A stretch of 63,950 nt of DNA, filler included, from an uncultured Methanoregulaceae archaeon (GTDB lineage: Archaea > Halobacteriota > Methanomicrobia > Methanomicrobiales > Methanospirillaceae), in the NCBI GenBank assembly GCA_964530035.1. It is 3 parts of 3 records of this genome, joined end to end, with 100 filler letters (N's around TTAATTAATTAA, not from the genome) between each part and the next. Parts side by side here need not be neighbours in the genome. Positions count along the whole stretch, not along the records: positions 1 to 24,519 come from CAZGXZ010000012.1; positions 24,620 to 48,760 come from CAZGXZ010000013.1; 1 more part is not named here. One strand, written 5' to 3'. The notes beneath the pieces are model-generated. The model made no database searches, was not told the origin of the DNA, and saw only the letters and a program-made list of their open reading frames with translations. Below, piece by piece: positions 18,963-28,690 of this stretch; the first letter of the stretch is position 1; the number at the start of each line of letters is the position of its first letter. The position numbers were made by a program, and so were the translations under genes.

Positions 18963-20129
18963 TCAGATATACATCCTGTTATCGGACGTGGTCTCGGTTG
19001 CAAGGACTTTGTGGACGGCCTCGAGGAAGTCGTCCTGGGAGATGACCGCTGCTTCCCTCCTGACCGCAATCATGCCTGCTTCCCGACAGATAGCCTGGAT
19101 TTCTGCTCCGGTAGTACCTTCGGACAGGGTGAGCAGGGATTCAGGGTTGACGTCGGCCCCGAGTTTCATCTTCCGGGTGTGGATCCTGAAGATCTCGCGC
19201 CTTCCATCGGCATCGGGCAACGGGATCTCTATGACACGGTCAAAGCGGCCTGGCCGGAGCAGGGCGGCATCCAGCATGTCCACGCGGTTCGTCGCTGCCA
19301 TGATCCTGACATCACCGCGGTTATCGAACCCGTCCATCTCGGCCAGGAGCTGCATCAGGGTCCGCTGCACTTCTGCGCTCCCTGACGTACCATCATTCGT
19401 CCGGGTACTCCCGATTGCATCGATTTCGTCGATGAATACAATGGACGGTGCCCGTTCCCGTGCAAGGGTGAAGAGCTCCCTGACCAGCTGAGCTCCCTCA
19501 CCAATATATTTATGGACGAGTTCCGACCCGGACATGCGGATGAATGTCGCCTTGGCCTGATGTGCGACGGCTTTTGCGATAAGGGTCTTGCCCGTGCCAG
19601 GGGGACCGTACAACAGGATCCCTTTCGGAGGCTCGACCCCGATCCTCTCGAAGACTTCCGGCCTCGTAAGCGGGTACTCAACGGCTTCGCGGACTTCCTC
19701 TATCTCTGTTTTAAGCCCGCCAATCTGTTCGAAGGTCGCTACAGGTGACTCTTCGAGTTCCATGACCCTGACACGGGCGTCGTAAATGTTCCCTATGATC
19801 TTCACGATGGAGAGGGCATTATTGACCGCGACCTTGGTACCGGGCTTGAGGAGGGTGTACATGTCCTCGCTTACAATGGTCAGGTATTCCTGGTTGTTAC
19901 CCTGCTGGCGGAGATAGACCTCGTTGTTGTCAAGGAGTTCGACGACGGCCGCCACGAACAGTGGCATACGCTTGAGCTGATTGTTTTCACGCTTGAGAAG
20001 CGCGTTTTCCTTCAGGAGTTCCTCGTACCTGACCTTGAGCTCAAGGGTCTGGGCCTCGAGCTCCTGCAGTTTAAGCTGAAATTTCAGCTCGTTATCGCTC
20101 CCGAAGGTATTGGTCAGTGACTCGTCCAT
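18963..20129 (-). CDS. pan: Proteasome-activating nucleotidase, copy 2
   Basis: Coiled coil, [25 protein letters not shown]-terminal HbYX motif MYI. Confidence 0.95.
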   Translation of the reverse strand: MDESLTNTFGSDNELKFQLKLQELEAQTLELKVRYEELLKENALLKRENNQLKRMPLFVAAVVELLDNNEVYLRQQGNNQEYLTIVSEDMYTLLKPGTKVAVNNALSIVKIIGNIYDARVRVMELEESPVATFEQIGGLKTEIEEVREAVEYPLTRPEVFERIGVEPPKGILLYGPPGTGKTLIAKAVAHQAKATFIRMSGSELVHKYIGEGAQLVRELFTLARERAPSIVFIDEIDAIGSTRTNDGTSGSAEVQRTLMQLLAEMDGFDNRGDVRIMAATNRVDMLDAALLRPGRFDRVIEIPLPDADGRREIFRIHTRKMKLGADVNPESLLTLSEGTTGAEIQAICREAGMIAVRREAAVISQDDFLEAVHKVLATETTSDNRMYI

Positions 20130-20174
20130 ACGCCTAATACGAATAGTGCCTCCATACATTTATGTGGTGCGATA

Positions 20175-20573
20175 GTGCTCATGAAAGCGCGGGCAATCTC
20201 CCGTGGAATGGGTGAAGGAGAACTGCTTGTCAGTCCTGAACCAATTTCATTCCTGTCCGGGGTTGACCCTGATACGGGGACAGTCATCGAAAAGGGTCAT
20301 CCACTCGAAGGGATGAACATCTCGGGAAAGGTCCTGGCCTTTCCCTACGGCAAGGGATCAACGGTCGGCAGTTATGTTATCTATGCACTCTCCCGGAACG
20401 GACACGCACCAAAAGCGATCATCAACACCGAGGCTGAACCCATTATTGCCGTCGGTGCGATTATAGGAGGGATTCCCATGGTGGACAGGACAGAGGTGCC
20501 TCTTTCTGAAATGAAATCCGGAAGAAGGGTGGTTGTGGACGGAACTTCAGGTACGGTTGAGTTCTGTTCCTGA
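20175..20573 (+). CDS. DUF126 / aconitase X small subunit (phosphomevalonate dehydratase small subunit-like)
   Basis: ISFLSGVDPDTG, GHPLEG, GKGSTVGSYV, IPMVD. Confidence 0.9.
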   Translation: MLMKARAISRGMGEGELLVSPEPISFLSGVDPDTGTVIEKGHPLEGMNISGKVLAFPYGKGSTVGSYVIYALSRNGHAPKAIINTEAEPIIAVGAIIGGIPMVDRTEVPLSEMKSGRRVVVDGTSGTVEFCS

Positions 20574-20631
20574 TGGTTCACCGGCACCCCTTTCCAGCAA
20601 GGTTATATAAGGCACAGACGATGTTGGATCG

Positions 20632-21087
20632 ATGAAAATTCACTACCTTGCCATCGTCCTTATGCTTGGAATGCTGCTTATCACCTCAGGCTGCACCTAT
20701 ACCGGAAAGCTGGGCCCGTCAGGATTTCCCGGGCTCGGCCCGGCTGATGAAACCACCCCGTCCCTTCAGCCATCCCCGACTGACCGGATGCCCACGGAGC
20801 AGGAGGTCCAGGTTCAGGTCAACCAGAAGGACTCGAGCTATGCCACGGTGACCACCATCTTTGCAGGGGGAAAGGGTCAGAACATGGTCAAGGATATTAC
20901 CGTGACCCTCACCTGCTCCGACGGGTCTGTACGGTCCGGTACCCTTGAACCGAGGAAGCTGTCCGAGCTGACCCTCCAGGGAACGAGGGGGACGGACAGG
21001 ATAACGGTCCGGGTGACATTGCTCGATGGAAAATCCTACAAAGTCGTAGACCAGGTCGTCCCGTTCAAGAACCTTGCAGGCCATTGA
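20632..21087 (+). CDS. Hypothetical lipoprotein
   Basis: Signal peptide with lipobox LITSGC, Pro/Thr linker, beta-rich domain (FAGGKGQ). Confidence 0.8.
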   Translation: MKIHYLAIVLMLGMLLITSGCTYTGKLGPSGFPGLGPADETTPSLQPSPTDRMPTEQEVQVQVNQKDSSYATVTTIFAGGKGQNMVKDITVTLTCSDGSVRSGTLEPRKLSELTLQGTRGTDRITVRVTLLDGKSYKVVDQVVPFKNLAGH

Positions 21088-21424
21088 ACAGGCCTCTACG
21101 GAATTCATCCCCCAATGAGGAGGAAGTCAGGAATAATCCCTTTTTACCGCCTTATTCCCTTCCCATCCATTTCCTGGCCTTTTTTCTTTCAGGTCGTAGT
21201 GAACAGCCCCACGGTTCAGGCATAATACCCGGCTGCACCATGTGTCAGGTATACGAAATTACCTGACAAGGACAGGGATTTACAGGTGAGACCTCGTCCC
21301 GGGAGAGGTTTTGTTCCTCGTGACGGATAATTAGGGATAAGTTCCTGCCCTTTTCCAGCCGGGGACCTGGGGCTGCCGGATGAACAATGAATATCACCGA
21401 CGGAGATATGTGAGAGGGGATGCC

Positions 21425-22549
21425 ATGAAGGTCCACTGGCGGAGGATTCAATCTCAGAAAAACACGTATGCCGTCCTTCTCGCCGCTTGTGAACAGGCGG
21501 GCTTCGATATGGACCAAGTGTCCACCCCTGAGAATGATGTCACCTGTTACAGCCTTAATTCCATTCAGGCGCCCGTCCTCATCCCGGAAATCCGGGAGGC
21601 CACATGCACCACGATAGTGGGAGGACCCCATGCAACCGCCTGCTGGAGGGACCTCGTACACATTGCCGACTACGTGGTCGTCGGGGAGGGAGAATGGTCT
21701 CTTCCTGCACTCCTCGGGCATATTGAATCCGGCAGGCACAGTTGTCCCCCGGGCGTAGCAACTGCCGGCGGGTTCTGCCCATCAGACAGGCAGGTGGTAC
21801 TGGATGCCTACCCGCCCTTTACCCGTGTGAGAGGCTATCTTGAAATTACCCGTGGATGTCCTCACCGGTGTACCTATTGCCAGACCCCGGGGATTTTTGG
21901 ACATTCGGTGAGGCACAGGGGCATAGACAATCTGGCAGCCAGCGCAAAGACACTCGCCCAGGTACGGTTCGTCACCCCGAACGCTTTTGCATACGGCTCA
22001 GACGGGGTTCATCCGCGCCTGGAAAAAATTGAACGGCTGCTGCGGTCATTCGGAAACAGGGAAGTCTATTTCGGTACCTTTCCCGGAGAGGTCAGGCCTG
22101 AATGGGTAGGTGACGCGGTCCTTGAACTGGTATCAAAGTACTGCGCCAACGGGAAGATCCACCTTGGGGCCCAGTCCGGAAGCGATGCAGTGCTCGAACG
22201 GATTATCCGCGGGCACTCCGTGGACGAAGTATACCGTGCTGTTGAGTGTTGCCGGGACCATGGATTCACGCCGGTTGTCGATGTAATCCTCGGCCTTCCG
22301 GGAGAAACGGCTGATGAGCAACGTGAGACACTTATGCTTGTCCGCTGGATTACAAAAAACGGGTTCATCCACGCGCATCGCTTCATGCCGCTGCCGGGGA
22401 CTCCTCTCTCGGGCTCCATGGCCGCCGATCTCATTCCGGAGGCGGAAAAACTGCTCGGTTCGCTGGCCCTCGAGGGAAAAGTGACCGGGGGCTGGGCTGT
22501 CCCGGCGTTAAGGTTTAAAACACTCCCTGCAAATAGGTATGAGCTATGA
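21425..22549 (+). CDS. B12-binding-like domain / radical SAM protein (TIGR04013-like)
   Basis: VGGPHAT, VGEGE, EITRGCPHRCTYC, TPNAFAYG, GTFPGEVRPE, GAQSGS. Confidence 0.88.
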   Translation: MKVHWRRIQSQKNTYAVLLAACEQAGFDMDQVSTPENDVTCYSLNSIQAPVLIPEIREATCTTIVGGPHATACWRDLVHIADYVVVGEGEWSLPALLGHIESGRHSCPPGVATAGGFCPSDRQVVLDAYPPFTRVRGYLEITRGCPHRCTYCQTPGIFGHSVRHRGIDNLAASAKTLAQVRFVTPNAFAYGSDGVHPRLEKIERLLRSFGNREVYFGTFPGEVRPEWVGDAVLELVSKYCANGKIHLGAQSGSDAVLERIIRGHSVDEVYRAVECCRDHGFTPVVDVILGLPGETADEQRETLMLVRWITKNGFIHAHRFMPLPGTPLSGSMAADLIPEAEKLLGSLALEGKVTGGWAVPALRFKTLPANRYEL

Positions 22550-23187
22550 TGAACGTGCTCCTGCTTGCAGATCTGCACGGCCAGTATGGACTCATGGACT
22601 CGTTCCTTGATTTACAGCCAGACGCCGTATTTATCGCAGGGGATATCACCAATATGGGGCCTGTCTCGGATGTCGAGACGCTCTTCCCCCGGATTGACGT
22701 ACCGTGTTTTGCGGTCCCCGGGAATTGTGACCCGAAGGAGATCCTCGATGCACTCGACCAGTCCGAGTGTGTGTCCCTCCACGGTTCACAGATGAACCTT
22801 GGAAAGATGACGCTCGTAGGTGTTGGAGGGTCAAACCCGACTCCTTTCAACACCCCGTTCGAACTCACTGACAAGCAGATTGATGACCTTCTGCATATTC
22901 CCATGAAGAAGATGGAGAAGGCAATCCATAATGTGCTGATCACGCACGCTCCTCCGCTCGGGGTCCTCGACTCGATCAACGGGAACAACACGGGCAGTGC
23001 AAGCATCAGGAGACACAGTTCCTCCTTCGATCTTGTATGCTGTGCCCATATCCATGAAAACCGGGGAGTCGTGGTCGAGGACGGGGTAACCTTCGTCAAC
23101 CCGGGTCCCGGCGCGATGGGCAACTGTGCAATGATCCACTTTGGCGATGAAGCCAAGGATATAAAGGTCGAGCTTCTCACCGTCTAG
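22546..23187 (+). CDS. Metallophosphoesterase (calcineurin-like)
   Basis: ADLHG, AGDIT, PGNCD, THAPP, AHIHE. Confidence 0.92.
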   Translation: MMNVLLLADLHGQYGLMDSFLDLQPDAVFIAGDITNMGPVSDVETLFPRIDVPCFAVPGNCDPKEILDALDQSECVSLHGSQMNLGKMTLVGVGGSNPTPFNTPFELTDKQIDDLLHIPMKKMEKAIHNVLITHAPPLGVLDSINGNNTGSASIRRHSSSFDLVCCAHIHENRGVVVEDGVTFVNPGPGAMGNCAMIHFGDEAKDIKVELLTV

Positions 23188-23704
23188 AAAGGACCTGCTC
23201 GAGGTAGGAGAGCATGATCCGCTCTCCCTCTATATCCAGTTCCTTTATACCATTTTCAACCTTGTGTGCGGCTTCTTCGAACGAAACCGCCGCCATCATC
23301 TCGACCTCGACGTAGGATCCGAGGCCTGAAACCTGGTCGAGGGATACGAGCAGGGGGCCGAATTCGAAGTATTCCCGCTCCTTTTCCACCTCCGCCGTCC
23401 GGGTAAAACCCAGTTTGGCGAGGATGGTCTCAACGGCCTCTCCTGACATGACGTCAACGGTTACCTCCTCCCTTACCTTGGAGCCGCTCCCTGGCAGTTT
23501 CGGGCCTTTATAGGTTACAGCGCAGGCATCATCGGAATACCGTACCCTGAGGGCCTCGTCGGTCACCCCGAAGTCGCGGTGAGGGGCATTGAAATACCTG
23601 TCATGTTCATGGACGGTACTGGTCTGCTTCGCCCCCTTCTCTATGAGCCGCTTTCGGATTGACGAGAGTTCTTTGACCTTTATTTTTACTTCAACCTCGA
23701 GCAT
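23177..23704 (-). CDS. cyaB: CYTH domain protein (class IV adenylate cyclase-like)
   Basis: EVEVK, DRYFN, ALRVR, TYKGPK, LGSYVEVE, SYLE. Confidence 0.92.
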   Translation of the reverse strand: MLEVEVKIKVKELSSIRKRLIEKGAKQTSTVHEHDRYFNAPHRDFGVTDEALRVRYSDDACAVTYKGPKLPGSGSKVREEVTVDVMSGEAVETILAKLGFTRTAEVEKEREYFEFGPLLVSLDQVSGLGSYVEVEMMAAVSFEEAAHKVENGIKELDIEGERIMLSYLEQVLSRR

Positions 23705-23752
23705 GTGCCAAACACAGGTTTATCTCTGTTCTTGCCTATTAATATAGGCAGG

Positions 23753-24451
23753 GTGATAGATCTGACCTTACAAAACGGAGATTTTGTTAAAATCAGTTAC
23801 ACTGGCAGCATTTCAGGCATGGTCTTTGATACGACTGATGAAGATACAGCAAAAGAAGCCGGGATCCATAATCCTTCCTCGACCTATGGTCCGATTACGG
23901 TAGGTATCGGGAAAAGGCATGTAATTTTAGGCCTTGACGATGAGATGGAGGGTAAGGAACCCGGGTATGAAACCGATCTCTCGGTGCCCCCCGAGAAAGC
24001 ATTCGGCGAGCATGACCCGAAAAAGGTTGAGGCATTCCAGAAAAACCAGTTCAAGGAGAAACTGGTAAAAGGCATGTCCATTCAGGTCCCTGAAAAAGGG
24101 GAGGGTACCGTGGTCGATATCATAGGCGGCCGTGCGCTTATCGATTTCAACCACCCGTTTGCGGGAAAAACCCTTGACTATCATCTCAGGATCGAGGAAA
24201 AGGTTGAATCGGCAGATGATATGGTGCGTGGCCTCGTCCAGCTGTACATCGGCAGGCAGATGGACCTCGCAATTGCCGACGGGAAGCTCACGATAACCCT
24301 TCCACCTGGCATCACCTTTGACCGCCGCTGGATGCTCTGGAGGAGCCGGGTAATTCACGAAACCTTTGAATCCATCCCTGATATCCAGGAGATTGTTCTC
24401 CTCGAGTCGTTCAGGAGACCGGAAAAAAGGGACTCACCTGAATCCACCTAA
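23753..24451 (+). CDS. slyD: FKBP-type peptidyl-prolyl isomerase (long archaeal SlyD type)
   Basis: GDFVKISYTG, FDTT, VPPEKAFG, DFNHPFAGKTL. Start uncertain (GTG 23753 or CTG 23762). Confidence 0.92.
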   Translation: MIDLTLQNGDFVKISYTGSISGMVFDTTDEDTAKEAGIHNPSSTYGPITVGIGKRHVILGLDDEMEGKEPGYETDLSVPPEKAFGEHDPKKVEAFQKNQFKEKLVKGMSIQVPEKGEGTVVDIIGGRALIDFNHPFAGKTLDYHLRIEEKVESADDMVRGLVQLYIGRQMDLAIADGKLTITLPPGITFDRRWMLWRSRVIHETFESIPDIQEIVLLESFRRPEKRDSPEST

Positions 24452-24519
24452 ATCATTTTTATTTCGTAACTGTTCAGGTTCAACCACAAGATCCTAGTAC
24501 AATGACGTCAAACTAACAA

Positions 24520-24619
24520 NNNNNNNNNNNNNNNNNNNNNNNNNNNNNNNNNNNNNNNNNNNNTTAATTAATTAANNNNNNNNNNNNNNNNNNNNNNNNN
24601 NNNNNNNNNNNNNNNNNNN
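24520..24619. other. Assembly spacer between contigs
   Basis: 100-nt block of Ns with central TTAATTAATTAA (stops in all six frames). Confidence 0.98.
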
Positions 24620-24895
24620 TATGTCGTTACCGTGCCGAACTACATGGATATACCTCTGAAATACTATTACTCCCCATCCAGTGACGGCACAGTCCTCAGG
24701 GGGGCAAGTTCTGTCAAGGAAATCCATGATATCCTGCAGGAGAGAGGGAATGCCTCGGTCTATATTGTCATGACAGGGGACATTATGGCAGTTGATCCGA
24801 CAGGTGGTGTCGTGGCAGCCCTTGAGCAGAGTTCTGTAATGCTCCAGCAGTACCCCGGGTCTACGGGGGGAATATATCTTTTAAAAGCCAACTAA
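24620..24895 (+). CDS. C-terminal fragment of a GT-C/PMT-like membrane glycosyltransferase (5' end lost at the gap)
   Basis: Open from the contig edge; aligns by eye to the C-terminus of 28691-30238. Confidence 0.7.
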   Translation, partial: YVVTVPNYMDIPLKYYYSPSSDGTVLRGASSVKEIHDILQERGNASVYIVMTGDIMAVDPTGGVVAALEQSSVMLQQYPGSTGGIYLLKAN

Positions 24896-24920
24896 TCTTT
24901 TCAGTTCCGGAAAAGCACCC

Positions 24921-26027
24921 ATGTTTGATCTCACGATTATCATACCTACCTTCAACGAAGCAGGCAATATCGGGAGCATCATTCGGGAAATAAATGATGT
25001 AACAAGGAAAAACGGGATATTCCCTGAGATCCTTGTCGTTGATGACAATTCGGGTGACGGAACCCCAAGGATCGTTCAGGACCTCCGGTTGTCAATGGAG
25101 AACGTGGTGCTGGTCTCCAGGACAAGGGACCCGGGCCTTTCTGCCTCTGTCATCGAAGGCTTCTCCCTGGCGAGTGCTGATATCATCCTTGTCATGGATG
25201 CGGATTATTCCCACCCTGTGGCGATGATCCCGGAGATGTACCGGAAAGCCGTTCTAGGATATGATATCGTGATAGCCAGCCGGTACATGAAAGGGGGGGG
25301 CATAGCGAACTGGCCCTTGAAGCGCCGGATTATATCACGCGGCGCTACGTCTCTTGGAAAAGTGCTTTTTCCTGCCATCAGCGACCCGGTAAGTGGTTTT
25401 TTCGCAGTCAGGAAGGCGGTTGTCGATGGTGCACCCCTGACCCCGAGGGGTTATAAAATCCTCCTTGAAGTCCTTGGAAAGGGAAACTGGCAGAGGGAAG
25501 CAGAGCTGCCGTATTTTTTCACTGACCGGACGACCGGAGAGAGCAAGCTGGCTGCCAGTACGATGGTGGCATTTTTTGTTCATATCTGTGAAATCCTGCT
25601 TTTTTCCCTTCTCCATAGGAACAATGCTGCATGGAAGGAAATTCAAAAACTTATCAGGTATGGTTTCGTCGGGCTGTCAGGATCACTTGAAAATATCCTT
25701 ATCCTGTATGCACTCACTGATGTCGTCGGGTTATTTTACATGGTATCGAGTGCGGTGGCCATCGAACTCTCCACTATCAACAACTTCATCCTGAACGATT
25801 TCTGGACCTTCCGGGAAGACCGCAGGCACCAGTTCACCAATCGCTGGCACCGGTTCATTTCGTACCATATCGTATCCCTTGGAGGGATGGCGGTTAACAT
25901 GGCAGTTCTCTTCGTCCTCACCGAGTTCGGGGGTATATGGTATATTTACTCGAATATTGCAGGGATAATCGTGGCCTTTGGCTGGAACTTCCTTGTCAAC
26001 AGGAAGACGACATGGAGGATCACCTGA
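24921..26027 (+). CDS. GT2 dolichol-phosphate glycosyltransferase fused to a GtrA-like domain
   Basis: IIPTFNE, VDDNSGDGT, MDADYSHP, DPVSGFF, GESK; C-terminal four-TM GtrA pattern (NFILNDFWTF, NFLVNRKTTW). Confidence 0.92.
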   Translation: MFDLTIIIPTFNEAGNIGSIIREINDVTRKNGIFPEILVVDDNSGDGTPRIVQDLRLSMENVVLVSRTRDPGLSASVIEGFSLASADIILVMDADYSHPVAMIPEMYRKAVLGYDIVIASRYMKGGGIANWPLKRRIISRGATSLGKVLFPAISDPVSGFFAVRKAVVDGAPLTPRGYKILLEVLGKGNWQREAELPYFFTDRTTGESKLAASTMVAFFVHICEILLFSLLHRNNAAWKEIQKLIRYGFVGLSGSLENILILYALTDVVGLFYMVSSAVAIELSTINNFILNDFWTFREDRRHQFTNRWHRFISYHIVSLGGMAVNMAVLFVLTEFGGIWYIYSNIAGIIVAFGWNFLVNRKTTWRIT

Positions 26028-26095
26028 CCCGCAGTATCCTTTCTGGTTTCAAGGCCGACAGGCTTCATTATCATCCATAAACTGAAACATTACAG

Positions 26096-27037
26096 GTGAG
26101 TATGGAGAAAAAAAAGATATTTTTTTATATTTTACTCATCACCGGGGTCCTCCTCCTAGCCGGACTTATCTTTTATTCCGGGATTCTTGATAACCTGGAA
26201 ATATTCAGGGAATTAAATATTGCGTTGCTGGCATCCGCAATTCTCCTTACCGTGCTGAATGTTGTCGTGAAGATTTACCGGTGGAAATACCTGATGAAAG
26301 CCTATGGCATTGACATACCTTTCAGCGAAGCGGGAAAAACCGTCATGGGTAGTTTCTTTGTTTCGGGATTGACCCCGGCAAAAATTGGAGACGTTATTAA
26401 AGCATACATCATGAAAAGAAGGTATTCCCTGGCATTCATGGACGGGGTAACAGGGATCCTCTATGAAAGGGTTTTTGAACTTCTTCTCCTGTTCTTCGTG
26501 TCCCTCGGGGTTTTTTACGTCGGACTGTCCGCGAAGAACTATATCGTCATCCAGTTGACGTCTTTTATCATCATCTTCCTCATCATCGCCTATATCTTCT
26601 CTGACAAGCTCCTGGTATGGGCGCAAAAGCTTCTTTCAAAGACCAGGATCTTTAAGAGTTATGGCAACAATCTCCGGTTACAAAAGGTAAGGCCTCTCGA
26701 GGCATTTTATGTATTTACCCTTACAGGCCTCGCCCTGTGCCTAGAATTCATCCGTCTCTGGATCGTCGCCCTCGCATTCGGATTTCAGATGAACATCATC
26801 CATTTATCCATTTTTTTCTGTCTTTCTGTCCTTATAGGCCTCCTTTCTCAGATCCCGCTTGGTATTGGCATTGTCGAGGGATCTCTTGCGGTATTTCTTA
26901 CGGACTCGGGCCTGCCATCGTATTACGCATTCGGCATCGTCCTTGTGGACCGCTTCATCTCCATGTATTTTGTCATGGCTCTGGGCCTTGTTTATTATAA
27001 ATGGGCACTAAAATCAGCTATGGAAGACGCCGGATGA
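26096..27037 (+). CDS. Flippase-like membrane protein (LPG synthase TM / UPF0104)
   Basis: RWKYL, TPAKIGDVIK, ERVFE, PLGIGIVEG, DRFIS; multiple TM segments. Confidence 0.88.
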   Translation: MSMEKKKIFFYILLITGVLLLAGLIFYSGILDNLEIFRELNIALLASAILLTVLNVVVKIYRWKYLMKAYGIDIPFSEAGKTVMGSFFVSGLTPAKIGDVIKAYIMKRRYSLAFMDGVTGILYERVFELLLLFFVSLGVFYVGLSAKNYIVIQLTSFIIIFLIIAYIFSDKLLVWAQKLLSKTRIFKSYGNNLRLQKVRPLEAFYVFTLTGLALCLEFIRLWIVALAFGFQMNIIHLSIFFCLSVLIGLLSQIPLGIGIVEGSLAVFLTDSGLPSYYAFGIVLVDRFISMYFVMALGLVYYKWALKSAMEDAG

Positions 27038-27765
27038 TTTCTATCATTATTCCCATTTACAACGAACAGGAGATGCTTAAACAGTATAATAATGATTTCT
27101 TTCCCGTTGTTGAGGCATTGAGCACGAGGGGGTACGGTGATTTTGAGATAGTCTTCGTCGATGATCGCAGCTCCGATGCAAGCTGGCAGTCCATCAGCGA
27201 CATTATCAATACGAGAAAAGATTGTTCCGGGATACGTCACGAGAGAAACCGCGGTATGGGCGGGGCGTTGAAGACAGGACTCCAAAACAGCCATGGCGAC
27301 ATGCTCGTTTTCCTCGATGCCGACCTTACCTTCAGGCCAGGGGATATCAGTATTCTCCTGGATGAGTACAAACGGTCACCAGTTGACTGTGTTTCAGGGT
27401 CTCCCTATCTGAGGCCCGAACTGATGGAAGATGTCCAGAAAAGCAGGATGATCCTGAGCAAATGCGTGAATATACTCTATCGGGCCCTTCTTGGAAGACA
27501 GGTCACGAGTATCAGCCCGATTTTTCGTCTGTACAGGAAGTCGGTATTTGACCAGATTACCATTTCAAGTGAGAATTTCGAGATAAATGCTGAAATCCTT
27601 TCCAAGATGATATTTAAAGGGATGAAGATCAGCGAAGTCCCGGTTGCCCTTCATGAGAGAAGATTTGGAGAATCAAAGGCAAGGCTTGCCAAGAGCATTA
27701 AAAACCACATCACGATTCTCTACCGGATTTTCATCGTGAAATATCTTGGCAGGGAGTGGTCCTGA
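27034..27765 (+). CDS. GT2 family glycosyltransferase (polyprenol-phosphate type)
   Basis: IIPIYNE, VDDRSSD, NRGMGGA, LDADL, RRFGESK. Confidence 0.9.
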   Translation: MISIIIPIYNEQEMLKQYNNDFFPVVEALSTRGYGDFEIVFVDDRSSDASWQSISDIINTRKDCSGIRHERNRGMGGALKTGLQNSHGDMLVFLDADLTFRPGDISILLDEYKRSPVDCVSGSPYLRPELMEDVQKSRMILSKCVNILYRALLGRQVTSISPIFRLYRKSVFDQITISSENFEINAEILSKMIFKGMKISEVPVALHERRFGESKARLAKSIKNHITILYRIFIVKYLGREWS

Positions 27766-27833
27766 TCTCATGGGACAAAGGGCGAGCCCAATCATGAAAA
27801 ATAAGGTTATTACAGTGGAATGGGTGTGAGATA

Positions 27834-28622
27834 GTGAAAGCAGGTCTGGCAGACCCGGCAAAGATGACTGAGGACGAGCTCTACCGCCTCAACGTGTATC
27901 ATTCAACCGATGAGGACTTCAGCCACCATCAGTTGCACTCCCTGTATGGAAGAGTGAATGAAGACCAGGATCGGTTTATCATCCAGGCCATTCATGGACG
28001 GCGGGTTCTTGATGTCGGTGCAGGGTTCGGGTCGATGTCGAGGCGGATCAGGGATGCCGGTCTTGATGTCACCGCCATCGAACCAAATCCTCATACCAGG
28101 GAAATTGCAAAAAAATGGTATGATATTGAGGAGTTGCCGTACGGTATCTATGACACCCCGTTCGAGGACAATTCCTTCGAGACGGTCCTCCTCAGGGAAT
28201 GTGTCGAGCACCTTGATTTTCCTGAAGCATTAAAGGAAATTAACCGGATATGCAGCAGGCGTGTCCTCGTCTTCCAGACAAACCTCAATCCCATTATCGA
28301 GGCCGCCCGCACCAGGATTGGTCACGAAGAATTCAATCCGCAGAAACTACAGTATTATCAAAAATGCCTGGACCAGTCGGGTTTCACCAGACAATCTACG
28401 TTGTTCCGGGATCCTTTTGCATTTCCGTTGTCCGGTGGATACCATGCCCGGCAACTGGTACCGAGAAATGATTTGGTTGAACAGGCGGTCATCAGGGTAG
28501 ACAGGGCACTCACTGTTCTCCTGGATGCATGTGGCATGTCTTCCCATTTCTGCTGGAGATATCTTTTGATTTCGGACAAGGAATCATATATGGGCGATAA
28601 AGCCCGGGCACTCCCCAGGTGA
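27834..28622 (+). CDS. Class I SAM-dependent methyltransferase
   Basis: VLDVGAGFG, AIEP, PFEDNSFETV, VEHL. Confidence 0.88.
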   Translation: MKAGLADPAKMTEDELYRLNVYHSTDEDFSHHQLHSLYGRVNEDQDRFIIQAIHGRRVLDVGAGFGSMSRRIRDAGLDVTAIEPNPHTREIAKKWYDIEELPYGIYDTPFEDNSFETVLLRECVEHLDFPEALKEINRICSRRVLVFQTNLNPIIEAARTRIGHEEFNPQKLQYYQKCLDQSGFTRQSTLFRDPFAFPLSGGYHARQLVPRNDLVEQAVIRVDRALTVLLDACGMSSHFCWRYLLISDKESYMGDKARALPR

Positions 28623-28690
28623 ACACGGGGGAGCCGTGCGAGGGATGGTGCTATATGTACCAGATGAGCATCTGAGAGAAGGGGTTCACC

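Noticed and set aside
24564..24575. TTAATTAATTAA palindrome, repeated at 48805-48816
   Set aside because: Artificial six-frame stop linker inside N runs.
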